Below are positions 1 through 17,525 of a stretch of DNA of 64,000 nt, in pieces. Below the pieces are notes generated by a model that was not told the origin of the DNA, searched no databases, and worked only from the letters and a program-made list of their open reading frames with translations. The stretch comes from Yuukianura sp. NJ FZ-2021. Lineage: Eukaryota. How positions within the stretch are numbered: the first letter of the stretch is position 1; each line of letters opens with the position of its first letter. Location: NCBI GenBank assembly GCA_046563655.1, contig CM102290.1, positions 5,580,001 to 5,644,000 on the forward strand, written 5' to 3'. A program made the position numbers and the translations under genes.

Positions 1-800
1 GACGTCATCTTTTAAATTTTTTTAAATTTTTGACGTGGCAACCACGTTTTGAAAAAACAATTCTAAACAACCGTACCTTATAGTATTCTATTTACCTTGG
101 CATCTAGTTAATAATTTTTTTTTAAATCTTTGTTTATAACAGATGCTCACATCGCAACAAAATTCGTTTTTTTTTAAATTTGAAAAAAAAAATCCCAATT
201 TTAAGAGATAGAATTCTTAACTCTTTTTGTTTTACTTGTTTCGCTTTTAAAAGCGGTTGTTAATCACGAATATCAAGAAATGTTTACCAATTAAAAAGTT
301 ATACATAAAATTAGAATGTTTTCCAGTACATAATGACTTTTTGTAGGACATACGGAAACTAGTAATCACTGATTGAGTGAGATTTACAAAATACTTACTT
401 TTTACTTACCTGCTTACAAATATTTAGTTTGCGAATCAAAAACTTTAAATTACTTAATTGTTATTATTTAATTTAAATTATATATTATATAAATAATATT
501 AATATAATAACATAATAATAAATAACAGTATTATTTGTTGTGTTGGTGCGGAAATGGGAGTGTGGCGCACCCATAATGATCATTTGTGCTTAAAAGAGGG
601 ATGGCGTCTCTTCTTGTGTGAAAACGTAAGGACAAAGGAGGGAAAAGGGAGAAAATGACGCTGCGAGAACAAAGGAGTCTTTGTTCCAGTCTCCCTCCGA
701 CTCCACTCACCACGCTCTCTTCTAATTAGTGACTCCATCGATTAATTAACACATTCAACTTAATCAGTGCTTACTCATCTTACTTCCTTCGTCTTCAGCC

Positions 801-1169
801 ATGTTCTCGTCACTTCTGGACGGACAGTTACTGCGTCTCCTCGTCCCGGTCATCGTCATCTACCTGAGCCAGAAAACCTTGGCCAATTGCGCCTCTTGTG
901 GTAAGTCCTTTGTTCATGTTAGTTAATTAAGTTTGAATTTGGCTGTGGTCTAACGTTGTGGACGTTCAGGAATGGCGTCGAGAGTTCGAGCATGTCCATC
1001 GAATCCGCCAGGGTTGGAAGTGGTGACAGGAATAGCAGGTCACTGCCCCGTAGGGGAGTCCGTTATCGGAGACTGTGTTTCTGATGAAGACTGCTTCCTC
1101 AGACGGAGGGGAAACGTTTGTTGCTATAATCGATGTCGGGGACTCACGGAGTGTCACCAATTCCCTTGA
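801..1169 (+). CDS. Secreted single-WAP (four-disulfide core) protein, waprin/crustin-like; exons 801-900, 970-1169
   Basis: Hydrophobic leader MFSSLLDGQLLRLLVPVIVIYLSQKTLA. Phase-1 GTAAGT..TTCAG intron. 8-Cys WAP pattern CPSNPP..CPVG..CVSDEDC..CCYNRC..C. Confidence 0.8.
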
Positions 1170-1599
1170 TTCAATTAAACGTTCATTAAACGTTTGAGGC
1201 TTCTGACTCTCTTTATTTCAATGTCGTACGAAGGATGGTGATTTACGTACAGTGTATACTTATTTTGCCACTAGGTTATCAGTTTAACGTTGGGCTAACC
1301 AAGTTATAGTGACAACACAAAGTTATAAAACGTTATAAAAACGTCATAAAACGTAGAGCATCTCCTTCAACGTTAACACTGTATGCGTAATTGTCCGATT
1401 ACCTTGTTTTTATTTACCAGGCCGTTGATTAGTTCGTCTGTCACTAATTATGTAATTATTTTTGTATAATTTTAGTTGAATGAAGTGGAATCATAACAGA
1501 ACGGAATACGGACGACAGTTGAGTGAAAGTGAGACGAGAACCAATCCCAGTGCATCAAGTACTAGTCAATTGATTTTATTTGTAAGTGTCAACTAACTA

Positions 1600-2167
1600 C
1601 TACGCATAGCCCAGTCCTCGGTGGACGGTCGTTCCTGCGTCAAGTGGCTGCGGTCCTACACACTGATTCCCTTTGCAAAAGTCAAAGCAGCAGATCGCTT
1701 TGTCCGGGCAGTCGGCGTCTGTTCTGCACGCATGCGTCGGAGCTCCTGGACACAACTTGTTGTCATCCAGCTTCATCACGGTCGGCGGACACTGGCCAGA
1801 GTCTTTGGCTACAAACAAAAGGAATGTCAACTGAGTTGAAAAGTAAAGTGCAGACAAGAGACAACTTACTGCGCAAGTCACAGGACTTTCTGAAGCACTT
1901 GGCCGCTCTGTTTGGACGTGGACAGACGCAGAGAAGACAATCCTGGTAGATCATGAGACTGTCTGCCGTACACATGACTGCAACAAGAGGTCAACCAAGG
2001 TCAGAATCTCTTTCTTTACTTTTTGCTTGTGCAAATGTGAGCTTACCTTTGGGTGCTTGTGGTTTCCTCTGAAATGGCTGTTGTGGCCTCATGAAAGGCC
2101 TTTGACCTGGACACAGGGTCACCATGGCTAAGAGTGTCACGAAAACTAGTTGCAGTAGGTGCTGCAT
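1600..2167 (-). CDS. Secreted pacifastin-like + WAP two-domain protease inhibitor; exons 2167-2047, 1977-1870, 1808-1600
   Basis: Signal peptide MQHLLQLVFVTLLAMVTLCPG. Exon 2 encodes the 6-Cys CTADSLMIYQDCLLCVCPRPNRAAKCFRKSC (divergent pacifastin). Exon 3 encodes the WAP CPP..C..CRTDADCPDKAICCFDFCKGNQC. Both introns are GT-AG, phase 1, and the frame is continuous. Confidence 0.8.
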
Positions 2168-2256
2168 TGCGAATTTGCAAAGTTGCAAAGTTGCGCAATT
2201 GATATAGGAGGTGTTGGTGGCTTCCGCTGATGGTGGGATGTAAGTCCGGATGCCTT

Positions 2257-2265
2257 GGGATTCCC
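2257..2265. promoter_or_regulatory. Candidate kappaB (Rel/NF-kB) site in the divergent promoter between inhibitor genes 2 and 3
   Basis: GGGATTCCC about 90 nt upstream of the ATG at 2167. A C/EBP-type palindrome TTGCGCAA is at 2191-2198. Motif match only. Confidence 0.3.
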
Positions 2266-2613
2266 ATGTGTTTTTCCTTTGTGTTTGAACAATGGGGCGG
2301 TGGGTTTGAAAAGATTTTACGACTTTTGAACAACCTTGTGCAATTGTCGTTGTGTTTCCAAGGAGAGTCTCTCCGTGCGTCATGTAATGTCAAGCTGTCC
2401 TGACTCAGCCCGTGACCAAAGTCAATTCGTTATGTCGAATGCGGAAAGAATAGCCATCTCTTTCTTAATAAATTCTGAATGATCTTCCTGATAATGTCAT
2501 CTCCGTCATTGGGATGCAGATTGTATGAGATCCTGACAAACATTCCTGTCAGTGACAATTTGGCTGTCCAAAGTTCCTGTCACTTTTAGTACTTCAGACT
2601 AAAAAGACTAAAA

Positions 2614-3163
2614 ATGAAGTGGTTGTTGGTGGCTACTTTTGAGTTGTTAGTGGTAGTGGGAGCAATGGGAGCAGGTAATAAAGTCACTCTTAAGGAAATT
2701 GACATTGGTCAAGGTCAGGTTTTAATTCTAATTCTAATTGGTTGTCATGGATACAGTGGATGGGGGAGAGGAGAGCATGCGCAGAATGGCCGTTTCTCCC
2801 CCACTTCCGACTGTACGCAGTCAGAAATCAACCGAAGCTGCGACTGATTCCGACGAAATTCCGACGACCGGGATTTCGTGTGCCCCTGTTGGCAGATTCG
2901 TGAGGGCTCCAGATGGGTGCAATCGCTGTTTTTGCGGAGTGGATGGTCAACTGACCCATCGCTGTACTAGAGCCTACTGCCCACCGGGTAACTCACTACA
3001 ATCATAAAATGTACCGGCAGTACTTTAAAGTAGTAAAAGTATTTAAACCTAAAGCTAAAATTTAAACCTTGCCTGTTCAGGATTCCCTTCGACAATTATT
3101 GACCAGCGACAGTTGCCGTTTGGCCTCCGTCGGAAAATCAGCGATTCATCAGAATCCAGCTAA
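2614..3163 (+). CDS. Secreted single-pacifastin-domain serine protease inhibitor; exons 2614-2674, 2757-2987, 3081-3163
   Basis: Signal peptide MKWLLVATFELLVVVGAMGA. Pacifastin pattern CAPVGRFVRAPDGCNRCFCGVDGQLTHRCTRAYC. Phase-1 introns. The last exon is less certain (unspliced alternative stops at 3007). Confidence 0.78.
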
Positions 3164-3644
3164 GAATTCTTGAATAATTCGTTCGTGTTTTGCAGTGGGA
3201 GTGTATAATTCCTAGAATTTGTCGGATGCGGGTGTCCAGGTTACCTATAGTGAAGTTGTTTCATTGTAATTTGAGTGTTTTGCATGAGGTAACTCATTGT
3301 TGATGGGAATTAAAGTGTTATGTTGTTGATTACGTTGAGGATGATGTCATGTCTCATTACTGTTTGTGTCCACGAAGTCAATTGAGGGCTAGATGCGCAG
3401 AATACTAAGTAAGTTCTCAACAATGGACTTTGTTGGCCACCTAACTAAAAGTTTTTAGGTGGAAGTGGGTCGTGAGATGCTGTCGGTAGGGGGGTTTTGA
3501 TTGTTTTTGTATAAAAGTGACGAGTCCACCCGACCGTCCGCTCCACTCCCATCTCTGTGTCCACTCAGTCCTCATCTTCTACAAAATTGTGAAACTTAAA
3601 TTGTGAAAAAAGTAAAGTCTTTGGCAAAGGTCATCCACGTCACG

Positions 3645-4209
3645 ATGTGGACGAGAGCATTTGTGGCTGTAAGTTTCATGGTCATCGTTGCGGCTCAGCG
3701 ACCAAGTGAGTTTCAAATTCAAACTTTCAATTCAGCTCCCTCGCCTCGAATCCACAATAAGTTCCTGGAACTGTTTTGTGGACAAGAGGAACCATGACTC
3801 GTCACTTTCTTATATCCGCTCTTGTTTTTTGTCTACTCAGAGTCATGTCCGGTTGGGACACAGTACAAGGTTGACTGCAATACTTGCGCCTGCGCAGCCG
3901 ATGGCAAGGACAAATGCAGTACTTTCGACTGCAGCCGACCCACTCCCACTCCGGCGGGTAAAAATTGTGCCAATTCTTAACTGGATAAGAGATTAGGCAC
4001 TTTTCATGTTGGTTTTAGCTGGGAATAAGCCACGCCCAGGTGACTGTCCCACTTTGGTCACCCCAGCGCCTGGCAGCGACATTTGCAAGAAGCGGACAGA
4101 GAAGTCTTCGTGCACTGACGACAAGTCCTGTCCGCAGGCTAAGAAGTGCTGTATCGATGGCTGTGGCATCTACTCCTGCCGAGCTGCCATCTACCGCTAC
4201 ACTAAGTGA
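3645..4209 (+). CDS. Secreted pacifastin + WAP two-domain protease inhibitor; exons 3645-3705, 3841-3957, 4019-4209
   Basis: TATAAAA near 3510. Signal peptide MWTRAFVAVSFMVIVAA. Canonical pacifastin CPVGTQYKVDCNTCACAADGKDKCSTFDC. WAP KPRPGDCP..C..CTDDKSCPQAKKCCIDGCGIYSC. AATAAA at 4265. Confidence 0.88.
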
Positions 4210-4289
4210 TTAATTGATGCTGCCAGCATCAAATACTGGCAGTATTCAGTAAGTTTTAGTCGCAAATAAAAGAGAAACTGGCATTTATT

Positions 4290-7200
4290 TCATTTGGCGG
4301 GACTTTTTTGAGGCGTGGGGCTTTGGCGTCCGGAGGACGGTGCAGATGGAGACCTTAGAGGACTCTTGTCATTAGGTGGGACGTTGTGGCGTCCCAGTTC
4401 TACTTGTCGCTCCACCTATTTCCACACAAAGAGCCCTTGAGATACTGTTTTAGCCGTTAAGGGTACTGATTTTGAAATGTCAAGGGGTGGGTCCTTACCT
4501 TGGTCAGTCTCTGCTTCAACTTCTGCTGTGTACTTGTGTACTCTCCCAACAGTCTTGCAACTCGAGTTTGCAAAATGTCCACGCTGCTCTCTGCAAATAA
4601 CAAATATTTTTGATAGGTCTTTTTAGAACTATGAATATCTTTCGGGACAATTTTTTAAGAAATTTTGAATTTTGGCAGAAATTTTGAATTTTGAAACTAC
4701 TAACCGAGTTTGTTGATTTTGTCTTCCGTGGACATGGCTGCTTTTCGCTCCCGCTCCAACTGGTCGTCGTCTATGAGACCATCTTTCTGCAAAAGCTGCT
4801 TCCCGCGCTCCAGCAAACTTTCTCTTGCCTCCGGATACTCCTGCAACAAAAACAAACTTTCATACAACCATTTTCATCGATTAGTTCTTGTGAAATTTAA
4901 AAATAGAACCACATGAAATTGAAATGGACGAATTTTCCGATATTTCAAATTCAAATTCGATTTGTTTCCGAAAAAACAGGAATTTTTAAATAGCGTTAAT
5001 TCCAGGTTTGGAAATAGGTGTATTCAAAAGTAATTGCAACGTAAAGTATTGGAAAAGTATTGAAACTCTAAAGTTTTATCCTTGCCGAATTTTGAAATTT
5101 GAAAACAGACTTTCAAGTCTATTGAAATGATGAACCTGTACACTTTAACCAATTCGGAATTTTAGTATGGATTGGCGGAATTACGAGTGTTATAATTATA
5201 ATTATAGTATTAATTATTATGTATAATTTATAAAAAGTATAAGGGAGTTGGTGACCTGCAGAGCGTCCCACAGGTCATCTTTGGACAGACAGAAGAGATC
5301 AGAGTAGCCAACACTCCGCACATTGGCTGTTCTCCGGTTCCCAGTCTTGTTTCCAGCAATGTTGAGGATACTCACCTAATCAACATTCAAAAATGTCAAA
5401 GTTCAATCTTTCGCTGTCTTAAAACTCAAACCGTGACCTCTCCGAAGACTGATCCGCTGCCCAGAGTGGCAAAAACCACTTTTCCATCGTCTCCCACGAC
5501 GCTGACTTTCCCCCGCTTCACGATGTACATCTCTCGACCCACGTCACCCTTACGACAAATGTAGTCTCCGGGACTAAACACCTACACATTTACAATATAT
5601 TTTATGTATTTACATTTATATGTATTTAAATTATTAGTTTAGTATGACCTGCAGTTTGAGCTTGAGCACAAGCTCCGACAGAAGGCCCGCCTCACAGTCC
5701 TGGAACACTCGCACTTGCTTCAGCGTGTTCAAGTGAACGTGGATTGCAATCTCTGCCTTCAACTTGTCCGGCAAAGCACCCAGCACCTCCACGAAACAAA
5801 AGAAAGTCAAAAGAAAGTTAGGGCAGAGGTCAAAGGTCAAATTAGACACCTTGTTTTCGTCCAGCGACTGCTTGTTTGACCACAAGTAGTCGAACCACTT
5901 GATGACTCTCTTCTCCAGATCCTTGGACACTTTGCGGAACTCCATGTACTGCTTAATGGAGTCCATCTTCTCCTGGAACTCTGCACGAGCTGCATTCATG
6001 TGTGTGATCATGCTGCCAATGTTTCCCACGATCGTTGCGAAGATCAAAACGCCCACGAGGAAATCCGCAACCACAAACACGTACTCCACGTCACGCTCCG
6101 GCTGAGGCGTCTCGCCTATCGTCGTCAACGTCAATGTGGACCAGTAGAAACTGGATAGAAACAGTTTTACTCCAAACTAACGAAATGTCTCTGGTTGCTA
6201 GGGAAAGTACTGTTGCCATGGTTACCTGTAGATGTACTGGTGAGGGAGTGACGTTACACTGGAGTTTCCTGGATTCCTGTACACCCACATGTCTGCTCCG
6301 AACCCAATGGCGTAGGAGATGGCGAAGTAGAAGCAAGCGTTCCAGTGGATAATGATCAGAATGTACAGGATGACCCGCCCAATTCGGAAGGCATTCGGGA
6401 AGTTCGTTCTGGATTCTGTCTGCTCAAAGAAGTCGTTGAGACGGTAGAAACGGAGGAGACGGTTAAGGCGACATATGACTGGACACGGCACTCCGACACA
6501 CTTCTTGGAACTGAAAAAGTAGACGACGTCGGTGGGCAGGAGACTGAGGACATCCAGCTTAAAGTACAAGCCACTGAAGTAGTTGCGACGCAACTTCGGA
6601 AGATCCTTCACGATTAGCCCCTCCTCCAGGTAACCTATGTCGTTACTCAGTCTTGTAGAAATACTTTTAACTTTTGTATTTCAATGTTGACACGTTTTTT
6701 TCATTTCACTCAAACTTAAATAAGTGAAATACAAATAAAACTGAAAAATTGAAAAGAATTGAGAAAAAAGTGAAATTAACTGAAAATTTCACCCTATGTT
6801 TTTTCATTTCACTTAAACACATTGAAAAAAAAGAAGAAATGGAAGTATATATTTTTTTTATGTATTTTTCAGTTTTTTCCTTTTTGACTGAAAAGTGAAA
6901 ATGTTTCAGATCTGGCCTTAAAACAGTAAAAATCAAAGAAGCAAGCTTCTTTTGATTTTGAAGTCAAAAAAGCATTTGATTTAAATCACGTCGGAACAAT
7001 TTGTGTGAATTGAGTCATTCATTACCCTGGTGAGCGTGGAGGAAGGAATCCATGAGGTAGACTATGTCTGCCAAGTAGTCGAAGCAGAGCCAAGTAGTGG
7101 GATGGAGGTTGTCCAGTTCCCAGAAAGTGGCACGACCAATCACAAACACCAGGTTGTACAGCACAGCCATGGACACGACCCCCAGCCACTGGAATCAAAG

Positions 7201-8147
7201 GATTCACACTTTGGTAGAACTTGAGATGCTGCCAGTATGAGAAATGCTTACGCGGTAGTGACATGGTCTGGAAGCATCTATGGCCATCTTCTGCTTGAGC
7301 CCTTCCATTCGCTTGGACCAAGACGGGGTTTCTGGACGAGGGGCTGAGCGCATGCTCTCCCCTTCGCTCCCAGTTCCATTCCAGCCTGGCACAAATTTCT
7401 CCAGAAAAGAGTCGGGTCTCTCCGGGGGCTTCGGTGCAGTTTTGTTGTTGGCCCACTGACGCAGATTCTAAAAGTCAGCACGTGACAATGTGACACCAGT
7501 TTAGTACTGCGATACTAATTAAGTTAGTTACGTTTGAATTGACTTACCCAAAGGTTGTTTAAATCCAAATTTTGCCTGTTTTTTCTTGACAGGTTATACC
7601 ATAACTTTTTTTTTTCTTCAAATTTTCAAATTTTTTGAACCGCACATCTGACGCGGCGGTATTTACTTTAGTAATTCGAAATCAAAACGTGGCTCAGCAA
7701 CGTGAAAATTAAAAAATTTCAAAAGACTGTTGAAAACAAAAAAAATTGGTCCAAAAGTTATTTTTTCGTGATTTATAGAAAATGGGATTTATGGCATAAC
7801 CTGTTAGCGCATTTGTATAAATGGGTGTTATAGAAACCTTGACTTACTCTGAGGACAGAGACGACTGTTGCGACATTGTTGCGAGGTGGTGAGGGGTCAG
7901 AGGGCAAGTCCTGAAGAGAGCAGTGTGAGAGGGTGGGTGTGAACAGGGGTGGGTCTGACCTTGATGCTGGAGTGGACGCTCGGGGCAGACTGTCGGAGGA
8001 GGCGTTGATTGGCTGTGTTGGTTTGACCTCCGAATTGCCCTGTTGTCTGAGGAGGGAGGCCTCGTCAAAGGACAGTCTAGGTCGACTGCGAGGGGAGCCG
8101 GAAGGGACTGGCTTGGAGTTGGGGTCAACTGTGAGGAGGTGCTTCAT
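4290..8147 (-). CDS. CngA: Cyclic nucleotide-gated cation channel alpha subunit (CNGA/tax-4 family); ~11 exons: 8147-7848, 7467-7252, 7188-7026, 6634-6226, 6150-5850, 5786-5649, 5581-5438, 5375-5256, 4840-4705, 4590-4499, 4415-4290
   Basis: [15 protein letters not shown]-terminal motif; S4 [11 protein letters not shown]; pore [18 protein letters not shown]-linker [61 protein letters not shown]-terminal leucine zipper [23 protein letters not shown]. Start codon uncertain. Confidence 0.95.
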
Positions 8148-8789
8148 TGACCTTTGACCTGCTAGAGTGGATTTGACCTTTGACCTGGTTGAGTGGATGT
8201 TGGTGAGAGGGAGAGTGGATGAGAAGTGAGTTGTTGGCTGGGGAAATGATGGTAATTGAGTGGGCTAATTGCCTCCAGTCCTTTGGTTCCTCCTCTTCAT
8301 GCTTTCTCTTTCTCAACCTGAGATCACATCCAGTGCAACGTGCCTCTTTCCAGGAATTGAATTCCAATTCATCATTGTGGACGTTAGTTTCCGACGGAGG
8401 TAACTGTGTCCTTTCGTGACATGGTTCCCACGGGAACAGCCTCCTCACTTCCCTCCAACCACTGCCTAATTCCACTCAATTAGACTATTCATTTCTCTCC
8501 CTCCCATCCACTCTCATTAATGGACATCCAGGGTCACTTCACCCCTACCAAGTACCCACTAGGTCAATTGTGTCACACTTAACACTTAACATTAAGGATG
8601 TGCTAAGTGGGTCACTATAGTGAAAAACATTGGCAGTTTCTTCATTTTCAATTTGTGGCTGTCGTGCGGGTTACCGGACAGTAACCCAGATCAGTTCGTC
8701 ATAGGATGACAAAGTGACTTTTTGACCCCCTGTGACCCTTGACCTATCGTTTCTAGGGGGTTGAAAATTGGCAAAAATGATCCTAACAA

Positions 8790-9130
8790 GGAATTGCTAA
8801 GTCTTGGGATATCTCAAATTTGGTACGGATGAGGAATTGCGAAGTCTCAGGAATATCTAAAAACTTCTTTTTGATAAAATTTTATCTAAGTCTAAGGAAT
8901 ATCTCAAATTTCTTCTTGATGAAATCTAGCTAAGTCTATCTAAATATCTAAAATTTTAACTTGGGGACGAACTTCTAATTGTCAGGATTATCTAAAAATT
9001 TTCACTTGGTGAAGAACTTCTAATTCTCATGAATCTCTAAAATTTTTACTTGGTGAAGAACTTCTAATTCTCATGAATCTCTAAAATTTTCACTTGGTGA
9101 AGAACTTCTAATTCTCAGAACTTCTAATTA
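8790..9130. repeat. Tandem minisatellite, ~44-bp unit, degenerating leftwards
   Basis: GAAGAACTTCTAATTCTCATGAATCTCTAAAATTTTCACTTGGT is repeated near-perfectly about 3 times at ~9000-9130, with diverged copies (CTAAGTCT..GAATATCT..AAATTT) upstream. Confidence 0.8.
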
Positions 9131-9564
9131 CATACCAATCCCCGGAAACGATTGGAGATGGCTGAAAACGTTACTAACTACTGTATTTGCACTTTTTAGT
9201 TGTAATGGAACTTGTATGGGAAAAGTGAAAGTGGTTCGTTTTCGTAAGGAAGTTATATGCTTGTGCATGGAGAGCCCTCTGTCTGCAGCAATTTCTCCCC
9301 TCCTTTCCCTGTCGTCATTTGAATATGAGGATTAATCTCTTTCTTCATTCACCTTCATCATCTCAGTCAGTAACCTTGGTCACTTTTATCTTAGTGGACT
9401 TGTTAATTAATCATTCAATTTCAATTAATTGAGTTCCGAGTCAGTTGTTGGAGCACTTAAGTCCTACTCAACACCAAGGCTAACATGTGTTTCTGCATTT
9501 ATACTTGAACCACACATCTCATCCATCACAACTTCACCTCAGGTCAAATCCAACCATCAACACA

Positions 9565-16741
<7,177 letters not shown>

Positions 16742-16879
16742 AAGGGACACGTTTTACTATTAGATTCAAGGCTTATGTAATTTAAGTGGCTCATTTTCTT
16801 AAATACAGATCAATTCTTTATTAACTGGGTCTTTATTTCATTCGGCACCGAGTTGGTGCCACAGGAGCAGGGAGTAGCA

Positions 16880-17525
16880 TGCCATTCCTTCGAAACAAAT
16901 CCTCCGAACCCAATTCCTCCGAATGAATTTCTACGGAAACGGAATCAATTGTTCCGAAATTGAATAGCAAATAATGTAATAATTATTTGTAATTAATTAA
17001 TTATTAATGTAATATAATACAACATATACAATATAATATATGATATACAGTGAGTGCCACGAAAACCTGCACACCTCAAAAGCAGCTTTTTGTTTATTTT
17101 GCTAAATCATGGAGGGAAAATGGTTTCAGTGATAACAGCCGAAATGATAGTTTTGCAACAGAATCATGGTTGTCAGCGTAAAAGTTACGTTTTCGCCTCC
17201 ATAGTTTTAGTTGTTACCAGGGAAACAAATTTGGGGTGTGCAGGTTTTCGTGGCACTCACTGTATAATGTAATAGATAGTATAATATACCATAATTCAAT
17301 TTTTTTAATAATAACCCGTTGGGGTTTTTAGAGTAAGTTGGTTAGCATGAAAATTGTATCATTAGCTTTAATTAGGCTAATTATCGTAAAATTATACTGA
17401 TTTAACGTGTAAAGCATAAGGTTATTTTAGCATATAGAAAAATCTTTGGAACAATTTACCGTTCGGGGCAATTGGTTTCGCGGTAATTGATTCGGAGAAA
17501 TTCATTCGGAGGAATGGAACGGGAA
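16880..17525. mobile_element. Older inverted-repeat element that encloses the Tc1-like MITE
   Basis: ATTCCTCCGAATGAATTTCT..GAATCAATT (~16912-16950) is the reverse complement of AATTGATTCGGAGAAATTCATTCGGAGGAAT (~17485-17515). Confidence 0.6.
17048..17262. mobile_element. Tc1/mariner-type MITE with ~28-bp TIRs and TA target-site duplication
   Basis: TA|CAGTGAGTGCCACGAAAACCTGCACACC ... GGTGTGCAGGTTTTCGTGGCACTCACTG|TA. Confidence 0.9.

Noticed and set aside
8125..8475. Upstream ORF as an extra first coding exon of the CNG channel
   Set aside because: Could not be joined in phase to the MKHLL frame with convincing splice sites; the ATG at 8300 stops after 11 codons.
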